Shown: positions 47,565 to 58,714 of the stretch, piece after piece
Position numbering within the stretch: position 1 is the first letter of the stretch
Layout of the letters: each line of letters opens with the position of its first letter
Source of the DNA: Eledone cirrhosa
Taxonomy: Eukaryota
Direction of reading: 5' to 3'
NCBI GenBank assembly: GCA_964016885.1
Contig: OZ024744.1
Coordinates: 114,762,001-114,826,000, forward strand
DNA: 64,000 nucleotides
Notes under the pieces: generated by a model
The model's database searches: none
Seen by the model: the letters and a program-made list of their open reading frames with translations, nothing else
Told to the model about the DNA's origin: nothing
Translations under genes and position numbers: made by a program

Positions 47565-47571
<7 letters not shown>
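47340..47571 (-). mobile_element. Family G copy with intact minus-strand hammerhead core 47407-47552
   Basis: Matches 21197-21428 and folds back at the same point (aaataattattt). Confidence 0.75.
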
Positions 47572-47643
<72 letters not shown>

Positions 47644-48280
47644 CCTCCTATTCAACTGAAGAATCATACAGATACATATATATTGATGTTGTGGACAACA
47701 GTTTCATGTTTACAGTGTGGAATGGATGTAACATATATTATATTATACGAGAATTGTACAATAATTCAAATTAAGATTAAAATTTAAAATTAAAATAAAA
47801 ATTAAAATTAAAATTAAAATTAAAATTAAAATTAAAATTAAAATTAAAAGCATAGGGTGGAATACATGCATCAGATAATACAGATAATTATATGTACAAA
47901 CATTGATAATGCTCCGAGGACTCCAAGCCTAAGTTTGGAAGAAACAATTGTCAGCGATTAAATGTTTTTAACATAACTTTGATACTTGTGTAATCTATAT
48001 TACTGCTCTGTAAAACAACTGATGTTCTTACATTGAGCTATTTCTCTTACTGGTAATAAGGTAGTAATAAATTATCGACCTTCCCTGTTTATAGTTGTTT
48101 ATAGTATAGTATATACATACATAACTATAAATAGTATCTTTAATATTATATATATATATATATATATAGGTTGAAAAAAATGAAAACGAAATTTCATTTC
48201 TCACTCTTAGTATGGCACTTACTTAAATGTAAGTATGTATGTATACGTACATACATATATGTATACAGACGTACAGTAGC

Positions 48281-48383
<103 letters not shown>

Positions 48384-48532
48384 CAGGTACACATACATAT
48401 ATGCACGCATCAGTTTAGCGGACGCTTATTATAACGCCGCTTTGTTCGTTTGTAAACAAACTGAACAGCCTGAATTTATGCCATACGGTGTTAAGGCAAC
48501 CACGTCACCTTTTTGTTCCACACTGACACAGG

Positions 48533-48577
48533 AACGATGTACTAGTTTCAAGCTTGTTAGCTATCATCAGCACCGTT
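48533..48577 (-). ncRNA. Minimal type I hammerhead ribozyme motif (family L)
   Basis: Reverse complement of 49043-49087. Confidence 0.82.
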
Positions 48578-48810
48578 TACCCACTGCCAGATAGTTGAAC
48601 GTTCGAAAGTATATACTTTCCTTATGAAAATTAACGGCTGAGCAGCCTAATTTGCATATTGAGTGAGTTAAATCGGTCAGGCATACCGAAAACGATAAGT
48701 TGAAAAAAATGAAAACGAAATTTCATTTCTCACTCTTAGTATGGCACTTACTTAAATGTAAGTATGTGTGTATACGTACATACATATATGTATACAGACG
48801 TACAGTAGCA

Positions 48811-48922
<112 letters not shown>

Positions 48923-49042
48923 CAGGTACACATAAATATATGCACGCATCAGTTTAGCGGACGCTTATTATAACGCCGCTTTGTTCGTTTGTAAACGCCA
49001 ACAGTTTGTAAACTGAACAGCCAACTATCTGGCAGATGGGTA

Positions 49043-49087
49043 AACGGTGCTGATGATAGCTAACAAGCTTGAAACTAGTACATCGTT
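49043..49087 (+). ncRNA. Minimal type I hammerhead ribozyme motif (family L)
   Basis: aacggtg CTGATGA tAGCT-AACA-AGCTt GAAA CTAG TA catcgtt: 7-bp stem I, complete core, GUA site ending at 49080. Confidence 0.85.
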
Positions 49088-49492
49088 CCTGTGTCAGTGT
49101 TGAACAAAAAGGTGACGTGGTTGCCTTAACACCGTATGGCATAAATTCAGGCTGTTCAGTTTGTTTACAAACGAACAAAGCGGCGTTATAATAAGCTTCC
49201 GCTAAACTGATGCGTGCATATATGTATGTGTACCTGTATGTATATATATATATATTCATGCTACTGTACGTCTGTATACATATATGTATGTACGTATACA
49301 CACATACTTACATTTAAGTAAGTGCCATACTAAGAGTGAGAAATGAAATTTCGTTTTCATTTTTTTCAACTTATCGTTTTCGGTATGCCTGACCGATTTA
49401 ACTCACTCAATATGCAAATTAGGCTGCTCAGTCGTTAATTTTCATAAGGAAAGTATATACTTTCGAACGTTCAACTATCTGGCAGTGGGTAT

Positions 49493-49536
49493 ACGGTGCT
49501 GATGATAGCTAACAAGCTTGAAACTAGTACATCGTT
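49493..49536 (+). ncRNA. Minimal type I hammerhead ribozyme motif (family L), 449 nt downstream of the previous one
   Basis: Same motif; GUA site ending at 49529. Confidence 0.85.
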
Positions 49537-49693
49537 CCTGTGTCAGTGTGGAACAAAAAGGTGACGTGGTTGCCTTAACACCGTATGGCATAAATTCAGG
49601 CTGTTCAGTTTGTTTACAAACGAACAAAGCGGCGTTATAATAAGCGTCCGCTAAACTGATGCGTGCATATATGTATGTGTACCTGTATGTATA

Positions 49694-49793
<100 letters not shown>

Positions 49794-50405
49794 CATGCTA
49801 CTGTACGTCTGTATACATATATGTATGTATGTATACATACATACTTACATATATATATATATATATATTTCAACCGTTGTGTTCATAGAGTTTGGCAGTA
49901 GTATATATACTGGTTGGATACCCTTCCTAACACCAGCACCACTTGACAGCATGGACTGAGTGCTTTTATTCGTGCCACCAGCACTAGGGAAGATGTTTTA
50001 CTGGACTTAGGGGACTTCTCGGCACTACCATGCTATTAGCTGTGAGAAGTGAAAGCAGCCGATGAAAGCAGGCGAAGGTGACGTCATTCGTCAACCTTCT
50101 CAATCGTAAAACATCGTTTATTTCCGTATTACCACGCGTTATTTTATTTATTTATTTTTTTATTAAAGCATATCGATGTAAGTGGAGTTACTTAAATGAA
50201 AATATAGGTGGCCCTTAAAAGGGCCAAATTAGAAAACAAATTTAAGTTAATTAGAAAACAAGTCATGGTTATCAAATAAATTGGATTTAATCATTTATAT
50301 TTTCATAGTCATGGTTATCAATGTTGAAAACAAGTCATTTTCACCAACAGTGGAATTAACTTAAATGAAAATATAGGTGGCCCTTAAAAGGGCCAAATTA
50401 GAAAA

Positions 50406-50870
50406 TAAATATATGGTTATCAAATTTTTTTCACCAACCCTATACGTTTATGAAGAAATAAATGTTCAGAAAACAAATTTTTTTCACCAACCTTATTCAA
50501 CCTATACAGTCCACATGGAGACAAGAGACAGTCCCCATGGAGACAATCCCCACCAATCAGCAACAATCCTCACCAACACCATGTGTAAATAAATAAACTT
50601 TAATCTTCACTTTGTGATAATACACGCATTTTCAAGTTGAAAAATATGAATTCTACAATATACCCAAGTGTTAATGGAATTAACCATCGCAATCTCTCCA
50701 TCGCTACCGCTACTACAGTAGATACCATCAATCTCCATGGGGACTGTCTCTTGTCTCTATGTGGACTGTATCCATGCTTTTGAATAAGGTTGGTGAAAAA
50801 AATTTGTTTTCTAAACATTTCTTCATAAATGTATAGGGTTGGTGAAAAAAATTTGATAACCATATATTTA
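50406..50870. repeat. Inverted repeat, ~140-bp arms with ~190-bp spacer (MITE-like)
   Basis: 50406-50543 is the approximate reverse complement of 50732-50870. Confidence 0.65.
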
Positions 50871-51222
50871 ACTTCAACAGTACGTCCTCATCAGATAAAA
50901 TAAGATGATGCATGACATACCCTGACATAGTAGATGGTTAAGATTCAGTCATGGTATGTCATGTATATGTATGTCATATGTATGTCATATGTATGTCATG
51001 GTATGTCATGCATCATCTTATTTTATCTGATGAAGACGTACTGTTGAAGTAAACTCAGTATCTCTGAAATATGTATAATAAAATATACTTGATCACAAGA
51101 ATATCTATTTTGTTAATATTTTGAATAAATATTAATTACTCCGGAAAACCATTACTGTTGTGTACTTCCAATCTATTGTAAAACTCATTCTTTGATTTAT
51201 TCATTGAACCTTGTTAAACCTT

Positions 51223-51226
<4 letters not shown>
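50871..51226 (+). mobile_element. Family A-related fold-back element with hammerhead 51019-51085
   Basis: tattttat CTGATGA AGAcgTACTG...CAGTAtcTCT GAAA TATGTA TA ataaaata; inverted partial arm 50871-50921. Confidence 0.75.
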
Positions 51227-51314
<88 letters not shown>

Positions 51315-51495
51315 ATCAAAAGATGGTTAAAAGAGTTCCATGTATTTTATTATGCGCATTTCAAAAACAAATAACATCATGAGATGATAACCATCTTTTG
51401 ATCTTATATTATTTGTACTCCAGTCCTACAAACTGTAGAGTGCTACTTATCCGTTATCTGCATTGCTTTATTGTACTACAATAAAACTCACCTCC

Positions 51496-51575
<80 letters not shown>

Positions 51576-51756
51576 TAAATATATATACATGCACACACAT
51601 ACATATATATATACATATATATACATACACATACATACATACATACACAAATAAGAATAAATAATCATAATAGGCCGTCACATAAAAAATAAGGATTAAT
51701 AAAATAAAAAAATAAAAAAATATTAAATATTAAGTTGACAGCGATACAAGACGGCA

Positions 51757-52225
51757 AAATTAAAAATAAAAATAAAAATAAAAATAAAAATAAAAATAAA
51801 AATAAAAATAAAAATAAAAATAAAAATAAAAATAAAAATAAAAATAAAAATAAAAATAAAAATAAAAATAAAAATAAAATTAAAATTAAAAAAAAAATAA
51901 AAAAAAAATATAAAAAATATAAATAAATTAAAATAAAAATAAAAAAAGAATAAAAAAAAAAAAATAAAATTAAAAAAAAAAAAAAAAAAAAATAAATAAA
52001 TAAATAAAAAAAATAAAAATAAAAATAAAAATAAAAATAAAAATAAAAATAAAATTAAAAATAAAAATAAAAATAAAAATAAAAATAAAAATAAAAATAA
52101 AAATAAAAATAGAAATAAAAATAAAAATAAAAAAAAATAAAAATAAAAATAAAAATAAAAATAAAAATAAAAATAAAAATAAAGAAAATGAAAATGAAAA
52201 TGAAAATGAAAATGAAAATGAAAAT
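51757..52225. repeat. (AAAAAT)n/(AAAATG)n microsatellite at the 3' end of the Tx1-like LINE
   Basis: Low complexity. Confidence 0.95.
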
Positions 52226-52481
52226 AATGATTTCATTTATTGGCCACAAGGGCCGACATATAGGGGACAACACAATAGACAGGGACAGTGGGGGTTTACA
52301 TAGAGATCGAGTAAGTATAAATAACAAAAAAACAAAATAACAATAAAAATACAACAATAAAAGTTCCCCAATAAGAGGGATCACCACCCAGGGTTGACTC
52401 AAGCACCCCACCAGTCCTGAGCCACCCGACGCTCCTAGGGCACCCGGGAAGGGCACCCCTCTCCTTCTCGAATTCACCAGC

Positions 52482-55400
52482 CTACAGGCGCATGATCAGA
52501 GTAGGCCCACTCACGCGGGCCATTCTCGCCACATTCACCCACCTTTCAGTAAATGTACTGGGGGGCAGCACTTCTCTCTCCACCCTCACCTTCCTTTCCA
52601 AGTGAAACTTGAAGAAGTTGATGAGGGATTGGCCGAAGAGAAAAGTGTCTGTCTTCAGTCCTTTCAACCTGGTCCACCATGCAACCTCTTTCGCTACTGC
52701 TACCAGGCAGAGGAAAATTGCCTGCCCTTCCTGACCAAAAGAAGGCGGCGGGTCAATCTTCACTATGGACTCGGACGATAGCCGGATCCGTTCTACACGC
52801 GACAATAGCTGTTCGACATAACCCCACAAGTCAGCAATGCACGGACACTGGACGAGTGCGTGCAGAACGGTTTCGTCGCTCTGCGCGCATCTCGGGCAGG
52901 TTCGTCTGACAGCACTTCCGTGCCTGTAGAGTTTATCCCGAACCGGCAGCGCCCCCCGGTAGCACTGCCAAGCGAGGGATTTCTGGAAGTTATCCATCGT
53001 CCCCGGCTCGAAAGTCCTCCGGAACATACTGGTCAGTTCTACTTCGTTGACGCCCAGAGCCTCTCCTAGTACGTCATCGCACTTGCCCTCCACTAATCCT
53101 CTATAGAAATCTTGAGTGGAAGTTCCACTGACCGCATTGCCCACCTTGCAGAGTGCAGTGAGCGCCTGGCAACATTCCAGATGCCAGTCGCCCAGTCTCG
53201 GTCTCTTCTTGACCCAGGACTGCAGCTCAGTCAAAGAGATGAGCTGCGGAAAGGCCCGTCTAACAAACGGCGACCACACCTGTTCACCGTTTAGGCAAAA
53301 TATCTGGAGATGTCGCAGCCTCAGCGCATGTCTGCGCATCATTAGCCACGGCATGCCCAGCCCTCCACGAAGAGGGTGCTGGCAGCAGATGGACCGCCTC
53401 ACCAACGGGACCCGTCCCCTCCACAAAAATTTGAAAAGGAGCCGTTCCAAATTGGCGAGGCGTGGACGGGGGCAAGGCACGACGGTCAGGCGGTAGTAGA
53501 TGACGGACGCGATGTACGCGTTCGCCATCTCCGCCCGCCCTTTCAGTGATAGCTTTCTCTCAGCCCATTTCTGGGTGAGGTTGGCTATCCTGCTCGTCAC
53601 CTCGTCCCAATTCTTATCCACCTGGAGGTCTGGTCCGAACCAAACCCCGAGCAACTTTACCGGTCCGTCTGTCCAGCGCCCAACGACGCTGTTGGACGGC
53701 ATGGACTTGCCTCTCCAGGTGCCGAGCTGCAAGCCCACCGACTTTTCCGGGTTAAGTTTTGCTCCCGTCAACCTTTCATATTCCTCCAAATGGGTGCGGA
53801 TCACCTCGATTTCCGAGGTGTCCGACACCATCACGGTGATGTCGTCCGCATAAGCGGACGCAGCCTTTCTACGTCCCGGTTCGAGCGGGATGCCCTGCAA
53901 CAACTCCAGCTTCCGCAGTAGAGGCTCAAGAGTCAATACGTACAGAAGTGAGGAGAGAGGGCACCCTTGACGGACCGATCGAGAGATCTGAAACGGTTCC
54001 GAGAGGTGGCCATTAACTTTGACCACCGAGCAGATGCCGCTGTACATTGCAGCGATCCAGCTTCTGAAGACGGGGCCGAAGCCAGCCGCCTCGAGGACAG
54101 CCTCCATGTACCGATGGTCGACCCTATCGAATGCTTTCGATTGATCTAAATTGATCAGAGCCCCACCGAAGCCAGGTTTGCACCCAACCCTCTCTATGAT
54201 GTATCGCATGAGGTGGAGGTTGTCGTGTATGGACCTGGTCGGGATTGCGCAAGTTTGCGCCTCCCCAACCAAATCTTTGACGACAAGCGCCAACCTTTTC
54301 GCTAACACCTTGGCCAAAATCTTAAACTCTGTGTTGAGCAGGGTTATGGGCCTGAAATTATCTAGTGTGTCCCTCTTGTTCTCGTCTTTCCTTATCAGCG
54401 TCACTACACCACGGCTCACAGAACTGGGAATGCTCCCGTTCTGCTGCCAGTTGCAGTAGAGCGCTTCGAGGAGATCGGAGAACAAGTCTGGCATATTTAC
54501 GTAAAGCTCGTAGGGCAGACCATCCAAACCGGGTGACTTGCGACTCGAGCAGCCGACAAGGGCGTCCTGAATTTCGGCTGATGTTATCGGCTCTTCGCAG
54601 CGCTCAGCGTCGGCCGTCGAGAGGCGTGGCAAGCCGTCGAGGTAGGGACTGAAGTCCGCCGCCGTCTCCGACTCACCCATCCTCCCGAACAATCGAGCAA
54701 AGTGCTGGCGAAAGGCCTCACACATCTGCTTGGAATCGCTCAGTTCGTGTCCATCTCGATCCGTCAAAGACCGAATTGTGGTTTTATTTCCACGCTGCGT
54801 CTCTGCAAAGCGAGCCCATCGGGCAGCTTTGCTTCCCTCGTTCCTCAGAGCACGCGCCTTAGCTCTGACAATGCAACCTTCGTGTTTCGCATTGAAGAAA
54901 TGGTCTAGTGCCATTCTCGCCGCTAGCACGTCTGTTGCAATGCCACTACAAATAGCCTCGTCTAACTTAGCTATCAGCCCCTCCTCCTTTCTATTTTTCT
55001 CTATTGCTACTTCTTTGCTAAATCCTATCGAGGTTGCTCTAATCTCTCTTTTGAGTGCCCCCCACCACCTGTTGTTGACAACCCCCCCTGTCAACTTTTG
55101 CTTAACTAAGTTGTTGACCCGGTCCCTGTAAGCTTTACGTGCCGGAAACGACATGTTTAGCTTCCAGTAGCTAGGTCCTAACCTACGTGTCTTATCTAGG
55201 TCGACCATACAGATCACAAGCTTGTGATCTGAATAGGCAACCGTTTTAAAATGTGGACATCCTACACTATTTTTATCTCTTTTCCTAATGAAAATCCTAT
55301 CTATGTACGATCTAGATGACCCTATGCGATTGGTCCAGGTCCATACTGGCGCATTAGGGAAATCTAGTCGGTACCTGTCAGACAGTTGAAACTGGCTGAT

Positions 55401-55901
55401 CAGGTACTTGAGGCTTTTGCACCCCCCGCTCCTATCAGATACTCCCACACAATCCCAGCGTGCTTCTAAGATGCCATTCCAATCCCCTATTAACAGTAAA
55501 GGGCGAGACGTAAGCAGAAAGTTTTCCAGGCGCCTAAAGAAGTCCGGCCGACCGGCCCCAGTAGGGGCGTAGACGGCCACCAGTCTAAAGGCACCACCTT
55601 CGCTATTGCTCACGTCCAGGACCACCAACTTTCCGTCAGGATCCCGGAAGATTAACCTTACCTCGAGATCCAGACATTTCCTAAACAGCACAGCCACTCC
55701 ACCTCCCATTCCCGGCCGACTAACAGATGCAAAGATCTGATAATCGTCGAAAATCGGCGCCAGTGCGCGTGTGTCGGAAATTCTGGTCTCGCTGATGGCA
55801 ATTACATCCATTCCTAGTGACCTGAGGTCGTTGAGCAAGTGACCTTGCTTCCAGGGCGACCCCAGGCCACGAACATTTAAACTTCCTACTCTTATGGCCA
55901 T
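52482..55901 (-). CDS. LINE ORF2: APE endonuclease, reverse transcriptase, C-terminal Zn motif (1139 aa)
   Basis: SLNVRGL, ISET, GDWN, SDH; SPGLDG, FRPITLLN, DQSKAFDRV, QGCPLS, YADD; CPRC..ETVLHALVQC. Confidence 0.95.
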   Translation of the reverse strand: MAIRVGSLNVRGLGSPWKQGHLLNDLRSLGMDVIAISETRISDTRALAPIFDDYQIFASVSRPGMGGGVAVLFRKCLDLEVRLIFRDPDGKLVVLDVSNSEGGAFRLVAVYAPTGAGRPDFFRRLENFLLTSRPLLLIGDWNGILEARWDCVGVSDRSGGCKSLKYLISQFQLSDRYRLDFPNAPVWTWTNRIGSSRSYIDRIFIRKRDKNSVGCPHFKTVAYSDHKLVICMVDLDKTRRLGPSYWKLNMSFPARKAYRDRVNNLVKQKLTGGVVNNRWWGALKREIRATSIGFSKEVAIEKNRKEEGLIAKLDEAICSGIATDVLAARMALDHFFNAKHEGCIVRAKARALRNEGSKAARWARFAETQRGNKTTIRSLTDRDGHELSDSKQMCEAFRQHFARLFGRMGESETAADFSPYLDGLPRLSTADAERCEEPITSAEIQDALVGCSSRKSPGLDGLPYELYVNMPDLFSDLLEALYCNWQQNGSIPSSVSRGVVTLIRKDENKRDTLDNFRPITLLNTEFKILAKVLAKRLALVVKDLVGEAQTCAIPTRSIHDNLHLMRYIIERVGCKPGFGGALINLDQSKAFDRVDHRYMEAVLEAAGFGPVFRSWIAAMYSGICSVVKVNGHLSEPFQISRSVRQGCPLSSLLYVLTLEPLLRKLELLQGIPLEPGRRKAASAYADDITVMVSDTSEIEVIRTHLEEYERLTGAKLNPEKSVGLQLGTWRGKSMPSNSVVGRWTDGPVKLLGVWFGPDLQVDKNWDEVTSRIANLTQKWAERKLSLKGRAEMANAYIASVIYYRLTVVPCPRPRLANLERLLFKFLWRGRVPLVRRSICCQHPLRGGLGMPWLMMRRHALRLRHLQIFCLNGEQVWSPFVRRAFPQLISLTELQSWVKKRPRLGDWHLECCQALTALCKVGNAVSGTSTQDFYRGLVEGKCDDVLGEALGVNEVELTSMFRRTFEPGTMDNFQKSLAWQCYRGALPVRDKLYRHGSAVRRTCPRCAQSDETVLHALVQCPCIADLWGYVEQLLSRVERIRLSSESIVKIDPPPSFGQEGQAIFLCLVAVAKEVAWWTRLKGLKTDTFLFGQSLINFFKFHLERKVRVEREVLPPSTFTERWVNVARMARVSGPTLIMRL

Positions 55902-55930
55902 GCTGGCAGGATGAATGGGAGAGGAAAGGT

Positions 55931-57841
55931 TTACTTACCTTCCGGGGTCTTGTGAAGGTCGGGTGGTTCGACCTCCATGGTTTGTGGGGTTTCTTTTGGG
56001 AACCCCTTTAATAGTCTTGACGTGGGTTTTACGTTCGGGGTTCCCACATCCCGAGGAAAGCTCTTTCGAATTTCTTTGTATGAAGCGAGCGACATTCGCA
56101 TCAGAAGCAAATTATCTGGTACGCGAAATGTGCTCGCTTCAAATGTTTCCCCGTCTTTTTCGATGTTTGTGCTTCGTGCTACATGGGCCATCAATTCCTT
56201 GTTGGCCCTTCTGGCAAGCACGAAGTTTTTAATGTTTTGTTGCTCGGGTTTTATTTGTTCGTGTGATTGTGGTGGTGATAGCTTTGTTAGTGTTGTTTCT
56301 ATTGTGTCTGCGTTTGTTGTGGGTGGGGTGTCTGTAGTTTCTGATGTTTGTGTGTCTATTTGTTCTTGTGTCTGTTTAGCTTGTTTGCGTTTGGGGGATT
56401 TTGGTGGTTGTGTTGGTGATGCTGTGGGGAAAATGTTTGTGTGGGTGGTGTGTGTATTTTTTTTTGTGGGGGTGTTTGTGCTTTGTGGATTTCTTTTTTT
56501 TTTGTGTTTTGTTTTTTGTATTTTGGGGGACTTTGGTTTTCCCTCATCTTCACTGCTGGAGGATGAGGGGTCTGTGGCTGTGAGCGTGTTTGTGTCTGAG
56601 TGAGTGTTTATGTTCTTGTTCGTGTGTGTATTTTGGGGGGGAGGGGGAATGGGAGAGCTTTCCTCGTTTCCCCCCTGGGTGTGCAATTTTGGTGGTTCCA
56701 TTGTTGACGGTGTTGCTGGTGGTCCTTGTCCCGGCGTCGCCAGCAGTGGAATCTTTCGACCCCTTGCGCTTTTCGGCAGTTGAGGGCAGAAGGCTCGCAA
56801 GTGTGTCGTTTCCCCACAAAGGAAACAATGCGGCCTTTTGCCCTCAGTCATTATATGCAACACCCTCCCGTTTTGGAGGCGGATGTGGTCCGGGATTGTT
56901 TTTACGTTTTCGGGTCTGATTTGGAGCAGTATCTCCAGATCAACCCCGGACCAGTCGTCCCTGGCAGTTCTCGTTGCCTCTACCGGGACTGTATCCGTTC
57001 CTTCCACGATTACGCAACCCAGGAGCCACCACATATCAAGTCCTGGTGGAATCCTGGGAATGCGCACACGTGCTATTCGTTTTCCCATGTGGGAGGGGTA
57101 CATTATGACCTTGCTGGTTTTGCAAGGGGTCATTGAATGCTTCACAGCGAGGGCTTCAGACTTGAACAGCACCGAAACGGTGCCGTATTGCCTGCCCCTC
57201 TCTATGAAGTCTGTGTCCTCTCTGATGTATTTCAGTGCGGCTTCTATGTTAGCTTGGGCGATTATCGCTGCCCTCTTTGTCTCTACTGAGATGCATCTGA
57301 AATGCACCGTTCTTTTTTCCACTGCCTCAATGGCTTCTGCCGGGACAGTTAAGTTTGCCCAGGTCTGCTCTTGATTTATGATTTTCCAGGCCTGGGCCAA
57401 CTTTTCCTCTCTGTTGGTTAAGTCGATGCTGTAGCATGGTCTCCTTTTAGCCGCTGCCACAGCAGCGAAAGTGTTCTTGTTGGTGTTGTCACTGTTGTTG
57501 TTCTTGTTGGTGTTGCTGCTGCTATTGCTGTTGTTGTTCTCCCCTGTGTCGTGGTTACCTTCTGTGCTGTTGGCCTTGTTGGTGCTGCTGCTGTCGCTAC
57601 TATTACTCTCTGTGCTGTTCGTTTTGTTGGTGCTCTCGCTATTACCACCTTCTGCGCTGTTCGGCTTGTTGGTGTTGGTGTTGTCGCTGTTATCACCTTC
57701 CGCGCCGCTCGGCCCGTTGGTGCTGGCACTGTCGCTGCTCACATTCGTGCTGGTGGCGCTCCTCGCCTCACCTCTCCTCTCAACGCTCAAGTCGCCGTTG
57801 CACGACAGCAGACCCGCCTCTAGGGGGCGTGGCTCCGCCAT
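55931..57841 (-). CDS. LINE ORF1 nucleic-acid-binding protein with CCHC knuckle (636 aa)
   Basis: CFLCGETTHLRAFC (CX2CX4HX4C); low-complexity N/S/T and P/T/K tracts; directly upstream of ORF2. Confidence 0.88.
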   Translation of the reverse strand: MAEPRPLEAGLLSCNGDLSVERRGEARSATSTNVSSDSASTNGPSGAEGDNSDNTNTNKPNSAEGGNSESTNKTNSTESNSSDSSSTNKANSTEGNHDTGENNNSNSSSNTNKNNNSDNTNKNTFAAVAAAKRRPCYSIDLTNREEKLAQAWKIINQEQTWANLTVPAEAIEAVEKRTVHFRCISVETKRAAIIAQANIEAALKYIREDTDFIERGRQYGTVSVLFKSEALAVKHSMTPCKTSKVIMYPSHMGKRIARVRIPRIPPGLDMWWLLGCVIVEGTDTVPVEATRTARDDWSGVDLEILLQIRPENVKTIPDHIRLQNGRVLHIMTEGKRPHCFLCGETTHLRAFCPQLPKSARGRKIPLLATPGQGPPATPSTMEPPKLHTQGGNEESSPIPPPPQNTHTNKNINTHSDTNTLTATDPSSSSSEDEGKPKSPKIQKTKHKKKRNPQSTNTPTKKNTHTTHTNIFPTASPTQPPKSPKRKQAKQTQEQIDTQTSETTDTPPTTNADTIETTLTKLSPPQSHEQIKPEQQNIKNFVLARRANKELMAHVARSTNIEKDGETFEASTFRVPDNLLLMRMSLASYKEIRKSFPRDVGTPNVKPTSRLLKGFPKETPQTMEVEPPDLHKTPEGK

Positions 57842-58053
57842 GTTTTTTTGAGAAAAAAATTATTATTTTTTTTCAAAATAAAGTTCAAATATTTGGGCCA
57901 AAAGGCCCAAATATTATGAGTTATTCCTTCACAGGATACAAATTAATGTCTTATAATGCTTCAGCGGTACAAAAAAATAAACAATTCTCCACAATTAATC
58001 CTCAAAAAATTGCTTACTCACGGAGCTTCAAAAAACGTACATCCACTTTCGTC

Positions 58054-58097
<44 letters not shown>

Positions 58098-58100
<3 letters not shown>

Positions 58101-58714
58101 ATTGGATAATGTGTAAGCATTTTGACCTGCCCCATCAAAAGAATTGGTGGGAGCATCAACCACCTCCCATACTTGAAAAAGATCACATCTCAACCTTGTG
58201 GAACTTTAGCATCCAAACAGACCGAAAAATAGATGCAAACAGACCTGATATAATATTGAAAGACTTTCAAAAGAGGGTATGCCTGCTAATTGATATGTCT
58301 GTTCCAATAGACAAGAATGTATCTATAAAAACATTTGAAAAATTGAGCAAGTATAAGGACCTGGAGATAGAAATTGGAAAAATGTGGAAATTGAGAACTA
58401 AAACAATACCAGTGGTTGTAGGCGCTCTGGGAATGATACCTAAGGGGTCTAATGATTACATATCACAAATCCCAGGAAACCCTCGTATAGGAGAAATACA
58501 AAAGATAGTATTAATGGGAACTGCCCATATACTAAGGAAGATTCTGTCAATATAAGTACATCACAAGTCTAAACACTAAAGATGCATGTGTGAATATGTA
58601 TGTTCTTTCTTGAACATGGCGGACCTTGTTGTCTCTTGAGGTCACTGGTTGTGACTTGGTGATAACTCGTATGAACATAAAGCAAGATAAATGCAACTGT
58701 AATAATAATAATAA
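58098..58714 (+). mobile_element. R4/Dong-like RLE LINE, short 3' fragment with (TAA)n tail
   Basis: Near identical to 61319-61940; RPDIILKD...LIDMSVP...KLSKY. Confidence 0.88.

Larger units (their letters stand above)
52230..58053 (-). mobile_element. Full-length L1/Tx1-clade non-LTR retrotransposon
   Basis: Two intact ORFs 29 nt apart, ~210-nt 5' UTR after (TTA)n, 3' UTR ending near AATAAA. Confidence 0.93.

Noticed and set aside
48630-48700. Second, opposite-strand hammerhead in family L (CTGAGCA...GAAA) and an ATTTGCAT octamer
   Set aside because: Core lacks G8 and is not kept in the 23.5-kb copy; the octamer is kept but 8 bp alone is too little evidence.
51310-51407. Short inverted repeat (20-bp arms) as another hammerhead element
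   Set aside because: No CUGANGA core visible; at most a remnant.
55977-57851. Plus-strand ORFs opposite LINE ORF1
   Set aside because: Antisense shadows of a low-complexity coding region.
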